Source: Camelus dromedarius (Eukaryota). From it: a DNA stretch of 64,000 nucleotides. Positions 41,131 to 55,500 of the stretch are shown here, one piece after another. The notes beneath the pieces are model-generated. The model worked only from the letters and a program-made list of their open reading frames with translations. It was not told where the DNA came from and ran no database searches. Each line of letters opens with the position of its first letter. Within the stretch, counting starts at the first letter, position 1. The stretch spans positions 1,550,001 to 1,614,000 of the forward strand of contig NC_087436.1 in NCBI RefSeq assembly GCF_036321535.1, written 5' to 3'. The translations under genes were made by a program, and so were the position numbers.

Positions 41131-44100
41131 TGGAAAGACGTTCGTTCATCTAGCACAAAGGGAAATGGTTGAAGGTGAAACTTTTACTCTGGTTTCTCTG
41201 TATGTTTCCTACTGCCGGTTTGAAGTTCCTGCAGTATTCACTGTAAAACCGAGTTGGAGCTTGTACCTCCCCATATATATGTATGGAGTAGAGTTTGCAA
41301 CTGAAAAGAATCTTTGTGTTCCAAACAAGCTAGGTGAAGGACGGCTTTCACACACAATTATCTCTAGGAACTGAGCATGTGGAGAGACTTTCGTTCATCT
41401 AGCACAAAGGGAACGGGTTGCAGGAGAATCTTATACTCTGGTTTCTCAGTCTGTTTCCTACTGCCGTTTTGAAGTTCCTGCAGTTTTCACTGTAAAACCG
41501 AGTGGGAGCTCGTACCTCCCCATATATATGTATGGAGAGGTGTTTGCAAGTGAAAAGAATCTTTGTGTTCCCAACAAGCTAGGTGAAGGATGGCTTTCAA
41601 ACACACTTATCTCTGAGAACTGAGCATGTGGAGAGAAGTTCGTTCATCTAGCACAAAGGGAACTGTTTGAAGGAGAAACTTTTACTCTGGTTTATCTGTC
41701 TGTTTCCTACTGACGGTTTGAAGTTCCTGCAGTTTTCACTGTAAAACAGATTTGAAGTTAGAACATCCCCATATATATTTATGGAGTGGAGTTTGCAACT
41801 GAAAATAAACTTTGTGTTCCCAACAAGCTAGGAGAAGGACGGCTTTCACACACACTTATCTCTCAGAACTGAGCATGTGGAGAGACGTTCGTTCATCTAG
41901 CACAAATGGAACGGGTTGCAGGTGAAAATTTTACTCTGGTTTCTCAGACTGTTTCCTACTGCCGGTTTGAAGTTCCTGCAGTTTTCACTGTAAAACCGAG
42001 TTGGAGCTAGTACCTCCCCATATATATTTATGGAGTGGAGTTTGCAAGTGAAAAGAAACATTGTGATCCCAACAAGCTAGGTGAATTAAGGCTTTCACAC
42101 ACACTTATCTCTCAGAACTGAGCATGTGGAGAGACGTTCGTTCATCTAGCACAAAGGAAAAAGTTTGCAGGAGAAACTTTTACTCAGGTTTCTCAGTCAT
42201 TTTCCTAGTGCCGGTTTGAAGTTCCTGCAGTTTTCACTGTAAAACCGTGTTGGAGCTCGTACCTCCCCATATATATGTATGGAGTGGAGTTTGCAACTGA
42301 AAAGAAACTTTGTGTTCCCAACAAGCTAGGTGAAGGCGGCTTTCACACACACTTATCTCTCAGAACTGAGAATGTGGAGAGACGTTCGTTCATCTAGCAC
42401 AAAGGGAACGGGTTGCAGGAGAAACTTTTATTCTTGTTTCTCAGTCTGTATCCTAGTACCGGTTTGAAGTTCCTGCAGTTTTCACTGTAAACAGATTTGG
42501 AGCTTGTACATCCCCATATATATATATGGAGTGGAGTTTGCAACTTAAAAGAAACTTTGTGTTCCCAACAAGTTAGGCGAAGGACGGCTTTAACACACAC
42601 TTATCTCTCAGAACTGAGCATGTGGAGAGACGATTGTTCATCTAGCACAAAGGGTATGATTTGCAGGAGAAACTATTACTCTGTTTTCTCAGTGTGTTTC
42701 CTAGTGCCAGTTTGAATTTCCTGCAGTTTTCACTGTAAAACAGGGTTGGAGTTATTACCTACCCATATATATGTACTGATAGAAGTTTGCAAATGAAAAG
42801 AAACTTTGTGTTCCCAACAACCTAGGTGAAGGACGGCTTTCACACACACTTATCTCTCAGAACTTAGCATGTGGAGACACGTTCGTTCATCTAGCACAAA
42901 GGGAATGGGTTGCAGGAGAAACTTTTACTCTGGTTTCTCAGTCTGTTTCCTACTGACGGTTTGAATTTCCTGCAGTTTTCACTGTAAAACGGATTTGGAG
43001 CTAGTACCTCCCCATATATATATATGGAGTGGAATTTGCAACTGAAAAGAAACTTTGTGTTCCCAACAAGCTAGGTGAAGGACGGCTTTCACACACACTT
43101 ATCTCTCAGAACTGAGCATGTGGAGAGACTTTCGTTCATCTAGAACAAAGGGAACGGGTTGCAAGTTAAAATTTTACTCTGGTTTCTCAGACTGTTTCCT
43201 ACTGCCGGTTTGAAGTTCCTGTAGTTTTCACTGTAAAACCGAGTTGGAGCTAGAACCTCCCCATATATATGTATGGAGTGGAGTTTGCAACTGAAAAGAA
43301 ACTTTGTGTTCCCAACAATCTAGGTGAAGGACGAATTTCACACACACTTATCCCTCAGAATTGAGTATGTGGAGAGACGTTCGTTCATCTAGCACAAAGG
43401 GAATGGGTTGCAGGTGAAACTTTTACTCTGGTTTCTCAGTCTGTTTCCTAGTGCCGGTTTGATCTTCCTGCAGTATTCACTGTAAAACAGATTTGGAGCT
43501 AGTACCTCCCCATATATATATATGGAGTGGAGTTTGCAACTTAAAAGAAACTTTGTGTTCCCAACAAGTTAGGTGAAGGACGGCTTTCACACACACTTAT
43601 CTCTCAGAACTGAGCATGTGGAGAGACGTTCGTTCATCTAGCAAAAAGGGAACGGGTTGCAGGAGAAACTTTTACTCTGGTTTCTCAGTCTGTATCCTAG
43701 TACCGGTTTGAAGTTCCTGCAGTTTTCACTGTAAACAGATTTGGAGATAGTACATCCCCATATATATGTATGGAGTGGAATTTGCAACTGAAAAGGAACT
43801 TTGTGTTCAGTACAAGCTAGGTGAAGGACGGTTTCATACACACTTATCTCTCAGAACTGAGCATGTGGAGAGACGTTCGTTCATCTAGCACAAAGGGAAC
43901 GTTTTGCAGGAGAAACATTTACTCTGGTTTCTCAGTCTTTTTCTTAGTAACGGTTTGAATTTCCTGCATTTTTCACTGTAAAACCGAGTTGGAGCTAGTA
44001 CCTCCCCATATATATAAATGGAGTGGAGCTTGCAACTTAAAAGAAACTTTGTGTTCCCAACAAGTTAGGTGAAGGACGGCTTTCACACACACTTATCTCT

Positions 44101-46500
44101 CAGAACTGAGCATGTGGAGAGACGTTCGTTTATCTAGAACAAAGGATATGGGTTGCAGGGGAAACTATTACTCTGGTTTCTCAGTGTGTTTCCTAGTGCC
44201 AGTTTGAATTTCCTGCAGTTTTCACTGTAAAACAGAGTTGGAGTTATTACCTCCCCATATATATGTATGGAGTGGAGTTTGCAACTGAAAAGAAACTTTG
44301 TGTTCCCAACAAGCTAGGTGAAGGACGGCTTTCACACACAATTATCTCTCAGAACTGAGCATGTGGAGAGAAGTTCGTTCATCTAGCACAAAGGGAACGG
44401 GTTGCAGGAGAAACTTTTACTCTGGTTTTTCAGTCTCTTTCCTAGTGCCGATTAGAAGTTCCAGCAGTTTTCACTGTAAAACAGAGATGGTGATAGTACC
44501 TCCTCATATATATGTATGGAGTGGATTTTGCAACTGAAAAGAAACTTTGTGTTCCTAACAAGCTAGGTGAAGGTCGGCTTTCATACACACTTATCTCTCA
44601 GAAATGAGCATGTGGAGTGACGTTCGTTCATCTAGCACAAATGGAACGGTTTGCAGGAGAAACTTTTACTCTGGTTTCTCAGTCTGTTTCCTACTGCCGG
44701 TTTGATGTTCCTGCAGTTTTCACTGTAAAACCGAGTTGGAGCTCGTACCTCCCCATATATATGTATGGAGTGGTGTTTGCAAGTGAAAAGAAACTTTGTG
44801 TTCCCAACAAGCTAGGTGAAGGATGGCTTTCAAACACACTTATCTCTGAGAAATGAGCATGTGGAAAGACGTTCGTTCATCTAGCACAAAGGGAACTGTC
44901 TGAAGGAGAAACTTTTACTCTGGTTTCTCTGTATGTTTCCTACTGCCGATATGAAGTTCCTGCAGTTTTCACTGTAAAACCGAGTTGGAGCTTGTACCTC
45001 CCCATATATATGTATGGAGTGGAGTTTGCAACTGAAAAGAATCTTTGTGTTCCCAACAAGCTAGGTGAAGGACGGCTTTCACACACAATTATCTCTCAGA
45101 ACTGAGCATGTGGAGAGACTTTCGTTCATCTAGCACAAAAGGAATGGGTTGCAGGAGAAACTTATTCTCTGGTTTCTCAGTCTGTTTCCTACTGCCGGTT
45201 TGAAGTTCCTGCAGTTTTCACTGTAAAACCGAGTTGGAGCTCGTACCACCCCATATATATGTATGGAGAGGAGTTTGCAAGTGAAAAGAAACTTTGTGTT
45301 CCCAACAAGCTTGGTGAAGGATGGCATTCAAACACACTTATCTCTGAGAACTGAGCATGTGGAGAGAATTTCGTTCATCTAGCACAAAGGGAACTGTTTG
45401 AAGGAGAAACTTTTACTCTGGTTTCTCTGTCTGTTTCCTACTGACGGGTTGAAGTTCCTGCAGTTTTCACTGTAAAACTGATTTGAAGCTAGAACATCCC
45501 CATATATATATATGGAGTGGAGTTTGCAACTGAAAAGCAACTTTGTGTTCCCAACAAGCTAGGTGAAGGACGGCTTTCACACACACTTATCTCTCAGAAC
45601 TGAGCATGTGGAGAGAAGTTCGTTCATCTAGCACAAAGGGAACGGGTTGCAGGTGAAAATTTTACTCTAGTTTCTCAGACTGTTTCCTACTGCCGGTTTG
45701 AAGTTCCTGCAGTTTTCACTGTAAAACCGAGTTGGAGCTAGTACCTCCCCATATATATGTATGTAGTGGAGTTTGCAAGTGAAAAGAAACATTGTGTTCC
45801 CAACAAGCTAGGTGAAGTACGGCTTTCACACACACTTATCTCTCAGAACTGAGCATGTGGAGAGACGTTCGTTCATCTAGCACAAAGGAAAAAGTTTGCA
45901 GGAGAAACTTTTACTCAGGTTTCTCAGTCCTTTTCCTAGTGCCGGTTTGAATTTCCTGCAGTTTTCACTGTAAAACCGAGATGGTGCTATTACTTCCTCA
46001 TATATATGTATGGAGTGGAGTTTGCAACTGAAAAGAAACTTTGTGTTCCCAACAAGCTAGGTGAAGGCGGCTTTCACACACACATATCTCTCAGAACTGA
46101 GCATGTGGAGAGACGTTCGTTCATCTAGCACAAAGGGAACGGGTTGCAGGAGAAACTTTTATTCTTGTTTATCAGTCTGTATCCTAGTACCGGTTTGAAG
46201 TTCCTGCAGTTTTCACTGTAAACAGATTTGGTGCTTGTACATCCCCATATATATATATGGAGTGGAGTTTGCAACTTAAAAGAAACTTTGTGTTCCCAAC
46301 AAGTTAGGCGAAGGACGGCTTTCACACACACTTATCTCTCAGAACTGAGCATGTGGAGAGACGTTTGTTCATCTAGCACAAAGGGTGTGGTTTGCAGGAG
46401 AAACTATTACTCTGTTTTCTCAGTGTGTTTCCTAGTGCCAGTTTGAATTTCCTGCAGTTTTCACTGTAAAACAGAGTTGGAGTTATTACCTCCCCATATA
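39897..46500 (+). repeat. More diverged 15-mer HOR: one full copy (about 39.9-43.63 kb) and one truncated copy (about 43.63-46.5 kb)
   Basis: ORFs 42394/46125 and 42497/46228 at offset 3731. Same monomer order, with shared AGGAAAAAGTTTGC, TTTATTCTTGTTT and GTTAGGCGAAGG. Confidence 0.8.
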
Positions 46501-49500
46501 TATGTATGGAGTGGAGTTTGCAACTGAAAAGAAACTTTGTGTTCCCAACAAGCTAGGTGAAGGACGGCTTTCACACACACTTATCTCTCAGAACTGAGCA
46601 TGTGGAGAGACGTTCGTTCATGTAGCACAAATGGAAAGGGTTGCAGGAGAAACTTTTACTCTGGTTTCTCAGTCTGTTTCCTACTGCCGGTTTGATGTTC
46701 CTGCAGTTTTCACTGTAAAACCGAGTTGGAGCTCGTACCTCCCCATATATATGTAAGGAGTGATGTTTGCAAGTGAAAAGAAACTTTGTGTTCCCAGCAA
46801 GCTAGGTGAAGGATGGCTTTCAAACACACTTATCTCTGAGAACTGAGCATGTGGAGAGACGTTCGTTCATCTAGCACAAAGGGAACGGTTTGCAGGAGAA
46901 ACTTATACTCTGGTTTCTCAGTCTGTTTCCTACTGCCTGTTTGAAGTTCCTGCACTTTTCACTGTAAACCGAGTTGGAGCTCGTACCTCCCCATATATAT
47001 GTATGGAGTGGAGTTTGTAAGTGAAAAGAAACTTTGTGTTCCCAACAATCTAGGTTAATGATGGCTTTCAAACACACTTATCTCTGAGAACTGAGCTTGT
47101 GGAGAGACGTTCGTTCATCTAGCACATAGGGAACTGTTTGAAGGAGAAAATTTTACTCTCGATTCTCTGTCTGTTTCCTACTGCCGGTTTGAAGTTAGTG
47201 CAGTTTTCACTGTAAAACTGAGTTGAAGTTAGAACCTCCCCATATATATGTATGGAGTGTAGTTTGCAACTGAAAAGAAACTTTGTGTTCCCAACAAGCT
47301 ATGTGAAGGACGGCTTTCACACACACTTATCTCTCAAAACTGAGCATGTGGAGAGACGTATGTTCATCTAGCACAAAGGGAAAGGTTTGCAGGAGAAACT
47401 TTTCCTCAGGTTTCTCAGTCTGTTTCCTAATGCCGGTTTGAAGTTCTTGCAGGTTTCACTGTAAACCCGAGTTTGAGCTAGTACCTCCCAATATATATGT
47501 ATGGAGTGGGGTTTCAACTGAAAAGAAACTTTGTGTTCCCAACAAGCTAGCTGAAGGCGGCTTTAACACACACTTATCTCTCAGAACAGAGCATGTGGAG
47601 AGACGTTTGTTCATCTAGCACAAATGGAACGGGTTGCAGGAGAAAATTTTAGTCTGGTTTCTCAGTCTGTTTCCTAGTGCCGGTTTGAAGTTCCTGCAGT
47701 TTTCTCTGTAAAACCGAGTTGGAGCTAGTACCTCCCCATATATATGTATGGATTGGATTTGCAACTGAAAAGAAACTTTGTGTTCCCAACAAGCTAGGTG
47801 AACGACGGCTTTCACACACACTTATCTCTCAGAAATGACCATGTGGAGAGACTTTCGTTCATCTAGCACAAAGGGAACGGGTTGCAGGAGAAACTTTTAC
47901 TCTGGTTTCTCAGTCTGTTTCCTACTGCCGGTTTGAAGTTCCTGCAGTTTTCACTGTATAACCGATTTGGAGCTAGTACCTCCCCATATATATGTATGGA
48001 GTGGAGTTTGCAAGTGAAAAGAAACATTGTGTTCCCAACAAGCTAAGTGAAGAACGGCTTTCACACACACTTATCTCTCAGAACTTAGCATGTGGAGAGA
48101 CGTTCGTACATCTAGCACAATCGGAACGGGTTGCAGGAGAAACTTTTACTCTGGTTTCTCAGTCTGTTTCCTAGTGCCGGTTTGAAGTTCCTGCAGTTTT
48201 CACTGTAAAAGCGAGTTGAAGTTAGTACATCCCCATATATATGTATGGATTGGACTTTGCAACTGAAAAGAATTTTTGTGTTCCCAACAAGCTAGGTGAA
48301 GGACGGCTTTCACACACACTTATCTCTCAGAACTGAGCATGTGGAGAGACGTTCATTCATCTAGCACAAATGGAACGGGTTGCAGGAGGAACTTTTACTC
48401 TGGTTTCTCAGTCTGTTTCCTACTGTCTGTTTGAAGTTCCTGCAGTTTTCACTGTAAAACCGAGTTGGAGCTAGTACCTACCCTTTTATATGTATGGAGT
48501 GGAGTTTGCAACTGAAAAGAAACTTTGTATTCAGTACAAGCTAGGTGAAGGACGGCTTTCACACACACTTATCTCTCAGATCTGAGCATGTGGAGAGACG
48601 TTAGTTCATCTAGCACAAATGAAATGGGTTGTAGTAGAAACTTTTACTCAGGATTCTCAGTCTGTTTCCTAGTGCCGGTTTGATGTTCCTGCAGTTTTCA
48701 CTGTAAAACAGAGTTGGAGCTATTACCTCCCCATATATATGTATGGAGCGGAGTTTGCAACTGAAAAGATACTTGTGTTCAGAAAAATCTAGGTGAAGGA
48801 CGGCTTTCACACGCATTTATCTCTCAGAACTGAGCATGTGGAGAGACGTACGTTCATCTAGCATAAAGGGAAAGGGATGGAGGTGAAACTTTTTCTCTGG
48901 TTTCTCAGACTGTTTCCTAGTGCCGGTTTGAAGTTCTAGCAGTTTTCACTGTAAATCCGATTTGGTGCTAGTACCACCCCATTTATATGTATGGAGTGGA
49001 GTTTGCAACTGAAAAGAAACTTTGTGTTCCCAACAAGCTAGGTGAAGGACGGATTTCACACACAATTATCTCTCAGAACTGAGCATGTGGAGTGACGTTC
49101 GTTCATCTAGCACAAAGGAAACTCTTTTCAGGAGAAACTTGTACTCTGGTTTCTCAGTCTGTTTCCTAGTGCCAGTTTGAAGTTCCTGCATTTTTCACTG
49201 TAAAACCGATTTGGAGCTAGTACCTCCCCATATATATTTATGGAGTGGAGTTTGCAAGTGAAAAGAAACATTGTGTTCCCCACAAGCTAAGGGAAGGACG
49301 GCTTTCACACACACTTATCTCTCAGAACTGAGCATGTGGAGAGACGTTCGTTCATCTAGCAATAGGAACGGGTTTCAGGAGAAATTTTACTCTGGTTTCT
49401 TAGTCTGTTTCCTAGTGCCGGCTTTAAGTTCCTGCAGTTTTCACTGTAAAACGAGTTGGAGTTTGTACCTCCCCATATATATGTACTGATAGCAGTTTGC

Positions 49501-52500
49501 AACTGAAAAGAAACTTTGTGTTCCCAACAACCTAGGTGAAGAACGGCTTTCACACACAATTATCTCTCAGAACTGAGCATGTGGAGAGACGTTCGTTCAT
49601 CTAGCACAAAGGGAATTTGTTGCAGGAGAAACTTTTACTCTGGTTTCTCAGTCTGTTTCCTACTGACGGTTTGAATTTCCTGCAGTTTTCACTGTAAAAC
49701 GGATTTGAAGCTAGTACCTCCCCATATATATATATGGAGTGGAATTTGCAACTGAAAAGAAACTTTGTGTTCCCAACAAGCTAGGTGAAGGACGGCTTTC
49801 ACACACACTTATCTCTCAGAACTGAGCATGTGGAGAGACTTTCGTTCATCTAGCACAAAGGAAACGCGTTGCAATTGAAAATTTTACTCTGGTTTCTCAG
49901 ACTGTTTCCTACTGCCGGTATGAAGTTCCTGCAGTTTTCACTGTAAAAACGAGTTGGAGCTAGTACCTCCCCATATATATTTATTGAGTGGAGTTTGCAA
50001 CTGAAAAGAAACTTTGTGTTCCCAACAATCTAGGTGAAGGACGGATTTCACACACACTTATCTCTCAGAATTGAGCATGTGGAGAGACGTTCGTTCATCT
50101 AGCACAAAGGGAATGGGTTGCAGGTGAAACTTTTACTCTGGTTTCTCAGTCTGTTTCCTAGTGCCGGTTTGAACTTCCTGCAGTATTCACTGTAAAACAG
50201 ATTTGGAGCTAGTACCTCCCCATATATATATATATGGAGTGGAGTTTGCAACTTAAAAGAAACTTTGTGTTCCCAACAAGTTAGGTGAAGGACGGCTTTC
50301 ACACACACTTTTCTCTCAGAACTGAGCATGTGGAGAGACGTTCGTTTATCTAGCACAAAGGGTATGGGTTGCAGGAGAAACTATTACTCTGGTTTCTCAG
50401 TGTGTTTCCTAGTGCCAGTTTGAATTTCCTGCAGTTTTCACTGTAAAACAGAGTTGGAGTTATTACCTCCCCATATATATGTATGGAGTGGAATTTGCAA
50501 CTGAAAAGAAACTTTGTGTTCCCAACAAGCTAGGTGAAGGACGGCTTTCACACACAATTATCTCTCAGAACTGAGCATGTGGAGAGACGTTCGTTCATCT
50601 AGCACAAAGGGAACGGGTTGCAGGTGAAACTTTTACTCTGGTTTCTCAGTCTGTTTCCTAGTGCCGATTTGAAGTTCCAGCAGTTTTCACTGTAAAACAG
50701 AGATGCTGTTATTACCTCCTCATATATATGTATGGAGTGGAGTTTGCAACTGAAAAGAAACTTTGTGTTCCTAACAAGCTAGGTGAAGTTCGGCTTTCAT
50801 ACACACTTATCTCTCAGAACTGAGCATGTGGAGTGACGTTCGTTCATCTAGCACAAATGGAACGGGTTGCAGGAGAAACTTTTACTCTGGTTTCTCAGTC
50901 TGTTTCCTACTGCCGGTTTGATGTTCCTGCAGATTTCACTGTAAAACCGAGTGGAGCTCGTACCTCCCCATATATATGTATGGAGTGGTGTTTGCAAGTG
51001 AAAAGAAACTTTGTGTTCCCAACAAGCTAGGTGAAGGATGGCTTTCATACACACTTATCTCTGAGAACTGAGCATGTGGAAAGACGTTCGTTCATCTAGC
51101 ACAAAGGGAACTGTTTGAAGGAGAAACTTTTACTCTGGTTTCTCTGTATGTTTCCTACTGCCGGTTTGAAGTTCCTGCAATTTTCACTGTAAAACCGTGT
51201 TGGAGCTTGTACCTCCCCATATATATGTATGGAATGGAGTTTGCAACTGAAAAGAAACTTTATGTTCCCAACAAGCTAGGTGAAGGACGGCTTTCACACA
51301 CACTTATCTCTCAGAACTGAGCATGTGGAGAGACGATCGTTCATCTAGCACAAAGGGAACGGGTTGCAGGAGAAACTTTTACTCTGGTTTCTCAGTCTGT
51401 ATCCTAGTACCGGTTTGAAGTTCCTGCAGTTTTAACTGTAAACAGATTTGGAGATAGTACATCCCCATATATATGTATGGAGTGGAATTTGCAACTGGAA
51501 AGGAACTTTGTGTTCAGTACAAGCTAGGTGAAGGACGGTTTCATACACAATTATCTCTCATAACTGAGCATGTGGAGAGACGTTCGTTCATCTAACACAA
51601 AGGGAACGGTTTGCAGGAGAAACTTTTACTCTGGTTTCTCAGTCTGTTTCTTAGTAACGGTTTGAATTTCCTGCATTTTTCACTGTAAAACCGAGTTGGA
51701 GCTAGTACCTCCCCATATATATATATGGAGTGGAGCTTGCAACTTAAAAGAAACTTTGTGTTCCCAACAAGTTAGGTGAAGGACGGCTTTCACACACACT
51801 TATCTCTCAGAACTGAGCATGTGGAGAGACGTTCGTTTATCTAGAACAAAGGGTATGGGTTGCAGGAGAAACTATTTCTCTGGTTTCTCAGTGTGTTTCC
51901 TAGTGCCATTTTGAATTTCCTGCAGTTTTCACTGTAAAACAGAGTTGGAGTTATTACCTCCCCATATATAAGTATGGAGTGGAGTTTGCAACTGAAAATA
52001 AACTTTGTGTTCCCAACAAGCTAGGTGAAGGACGGCTTTCACACACAATTATCTCTCAGAACTGAGCATGTGGAGAGAAGTTCGTTCATCTAGCACAAAG
52101 GGAACTGTTTGAAGGAGAAACTTTTACTCTGGTTTCTCAGTCTGTTTCCTACTGACGGTTTGAATTTCCTGCAGTTTTCACTGTAAAACGGATTTGGAGC
52201 TAGTACCTCCCCATATATATATATGGAGTGGAATTTTTAACTGAAAAGAAACTTTGTGTTCCCAACAAGCTAGGTGAAGGACGGCTTTCACACACACTTA
52301 TCTCTCAGAACTGAGCATGTGGAGAGACTTTCGTTCATCTAGCACAAAGGGAACGTGTTGCAAGTGAAAATTTTACTCTGGTTTCTCAGACTGTTTCCTA
52401 CTGCCTGTTTGAAGTTCCTGCATTTTTCACTGTAAAACCGAGTTGGAGCTAGTACCTCCCCATATATATGTATGGAGTGGAGTTTGCAACTGAAAAGAAA

Positions 52501-55500
52501 CTTTGTGTTCCCAACAATCAAGGTGAAGAACGGATTTCACACACACTTATCTCTCAGAATTGAGCATGTGGAGAGACGTTCGTTCATCTAGCACAAAGGG
52601 AATGGGTTGCAGGTGAAACTATTACTCTGGTTTCTCAGTCTGTTTCCTAGTGCCGGTTTGAACTTAATGCAGTATTCACTGTAAAACAGATTTGGAGCTA
52701 GTACCTCCCCATATATATATATGGAGTGGAGTTTGCAACTTAAAAGAAACTTTGTGTTCCCAACAAGTTAGGTGAAGGACGGCTTTCACACACACTTATC
52801 TCTCAGAACTGAGCATGTGGAGAGACGATCGTTCATCTAGCACAAAGGGAACGGGTTGCAGGAGAAACTTTTACTCTGGTTTCTCAGTCTGTATCCTAGT
52901 ACCGGTTTGAAGTTCCTGCAGTTTTAACTGTAAACAGATTTGGAGATAGTACATCCCCATATATATGTATGGAGTGGAATTTGCAACTGGAAAGGAACTT
53001 TGTGTTCAGTACAAGCTAGGTGAAGGACGGTTTCATACACAATTATCTCTCATAACTGAGCATGTGGAGAGACGTTCGTTCATCTAACACAAAGGGAACG
53101 GTTTGCAGGAGAAACTTTTACTCTGGTTTCTCAGTCTGTTTCTTAGTAACGGTTTGAATTTCCTGCATTTTTCACTGTAAAACCGAGTTGGAGCTAGTAC
53201 CTCCCCATATATATATATGGAGTGGAGCTTGCAACTTAAAAGAAACTTTGTGTTCCCAACAAGTTAGGTGAAGGACGGCTTTCACACACACTTATCTCTC
53301 AGAACTGAGCATGTGGAGAGACGTTCGTTTATCTAGAACAAAGGGTATGGGTTGCAGGAGAAACTATTTCTCTGGTTTCTCAGTGTGTTTCCTAGTGCCA
53401 TTTTGAATTTCCTGCAGTTTTCACTGTAAAACAGAGTTGGAGTTATTACCTCCCCATATATATGTATGGAGTGGAGTTTGCAACTGAAAAGAAACTTTGT
53501 GTTCCCAACAAGCTAGGTGAAGGACGGCTTTCACACACAATTATCTCTCAGAACTGAGCATGTGGAGAGAAGTTCGTTCATCTAGCACAAAGGGAACGGG
53601 TTGCAGGAGAAACTTTTACTCTGGTTTCTCAGTCTGTTTCCTAGTGCCGATTTGAAGTTCCAGCAGTTTTCACTGTAAAACAGAGATGGTGTTAGTACCT
53701 CCTCATATATATGTATGGAGTGGATTTTGCAACTGAAAAGAAACTTTGTGTTCCTAACAAGCTAGGTGAAGTTCGGCTTTCATACACACTTATCTCTCAG
53801 AACTGAGCATGTGGAGTGACGTTCGTTCATCTAGCACAAATGGAACGGGTTTCAGGAGAAATTTTACTCTGGTTTCTCAGTCTGTTTCCTACTGCCGGTT
53901 TGATGTTCCTGCAGTTTTCACTGTAAAACCGAGTTGGAGCTCGTACCTCCCCATATATATGTATGGAGTGGTGTTTACAAGTGAAAAGAAACTTTGTGTT
54001 CCCAACAAGCTAGGTGAAGGATGGCTTTCAAACACACTTATCTCTGAGAACTGAGCATGTGGAAAGACGTTCGTTCATCTAGCACAAAGGGAACTGGTTG
54101 AAGGAGAAACTTTTACTCTGGTTTCTCTGTATGTTTCCTACTGCCGGTTTGAATTTCGTGCAGTATTCACTGTAAAACCGAGTTGGAGCTTGTACCTCCC
54201 CATATATATGTATGGAGTAGAGTTTGCAACTGAAAAGAATCTTTGTGTTCCAAACAAGCTAGGTGAAGGACGGCTTTCACACACAATTATCTCTAGGAAC
54301 TGAGCATGTGGAGAGACTTTCGTTCATCTAGCACAAAGGGAACGGGTTGCAGGAGAATCTTATACTCTGGTTTCTCAGTCTGTTTCCTACTGCCGTTTTG
54401 AAGTTCCTGCAGTTTTCACTGTAAAACCGAGTGGGAGCTCGTACCTCCCCATATATATGTATGGAGAGGTGTTTGCAAGTGAAAAGAAACTTTGTGTTCT
54501 CAACAAGCTAGGTGAAGGATGGCTTTCAAACACACTTATCTCTGAGAACTGAGCATGTGGAGAGAAGTTCGTTCATCTAGCACAAAGGGAACTGTTTGAA
54601 GGAGAAACTTTTACTCTGGTTTCTCTGTCTGTTTCCTACTGACGGTTTGAAGTTCCTGCAGTTTTCACTGTAAAACCGAGTTGGAGCTAGTACCTCCCCA
54701 TATATATTTATGGAGTGGAGTTTGCAAGTGAAAAGAAACATTGTGATCCCAACAAGCTAGGTGAATTAAGGCTTTCACACACACTTATCTCTCAGAACTG
54801 AGCATGTGGAGAGACGTTCGTTCATCTAGCACAAAGGAAAAAGTTTGCAGGAGAAACTTTTACTCAGGTTTCTCAGTCCTTTTCCTAGTGCCGGTTTGAA
54901 GTTCCTGCAGTTTTCACTGTAAAACCGAGTTGGAGCTCGTACCTCCCCATATATATGTATGGAGTGGAGTTTGCAACTGAAAAGAAACTTTGTGTTCCCA
55001 ACAATCTAGGTGAAGAACAGATTTCACACACACTTATCTCTCAGAATTGAGCATGTGGAGAGACGTTCGTTCATCTAGCACAAAGGGAATGGGTTGCAGG
55101 TGAAACTATTACTCTGGTTTCTCAGTCTGTTTCCTAGTGCCGGTTTGAACTTAATGCAGTATTCACTGTAAAACAGATTTGGAGCTAGTACCTCCCCATA
55201 TATATATATGGAGTGGAGTTTGCAACTTAAAAGAAACTTTGTGTTCCCAACAAGTTAGGTGAAGGACGGCTTTCACACACACTTATCTCTCAGAACTGAG
55301 CATGTGGAGAGACGATCGTTCATCTAGCACAAAGGGAACGGGTTGCAGGAGAAACTTTTACTCTGGTTTCTCAGTCTGTATCCTAGTACCGTTTTGAAGT
55401 TCCTGCAGTTTTCACTGTAAACAGATTTGGAGATAGTACATCCCCATATATATGTATGGAGTGGAATTTGCAACTGGAAAGGAACTTTGTGTTCAGTACA

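Larger units (their letters stand above)
27610..46500 (+). repeat. 18.9-kb (76-monomer) macro-unit, copy 1
   Basis: ORF pairs at offset 18895-18896: 27976/46871, 28720/47615, 29097/47992, 29715/48610, 31937/50833 and 34913/53809. The translations are identical or nearly so. Confidence 0.93.
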
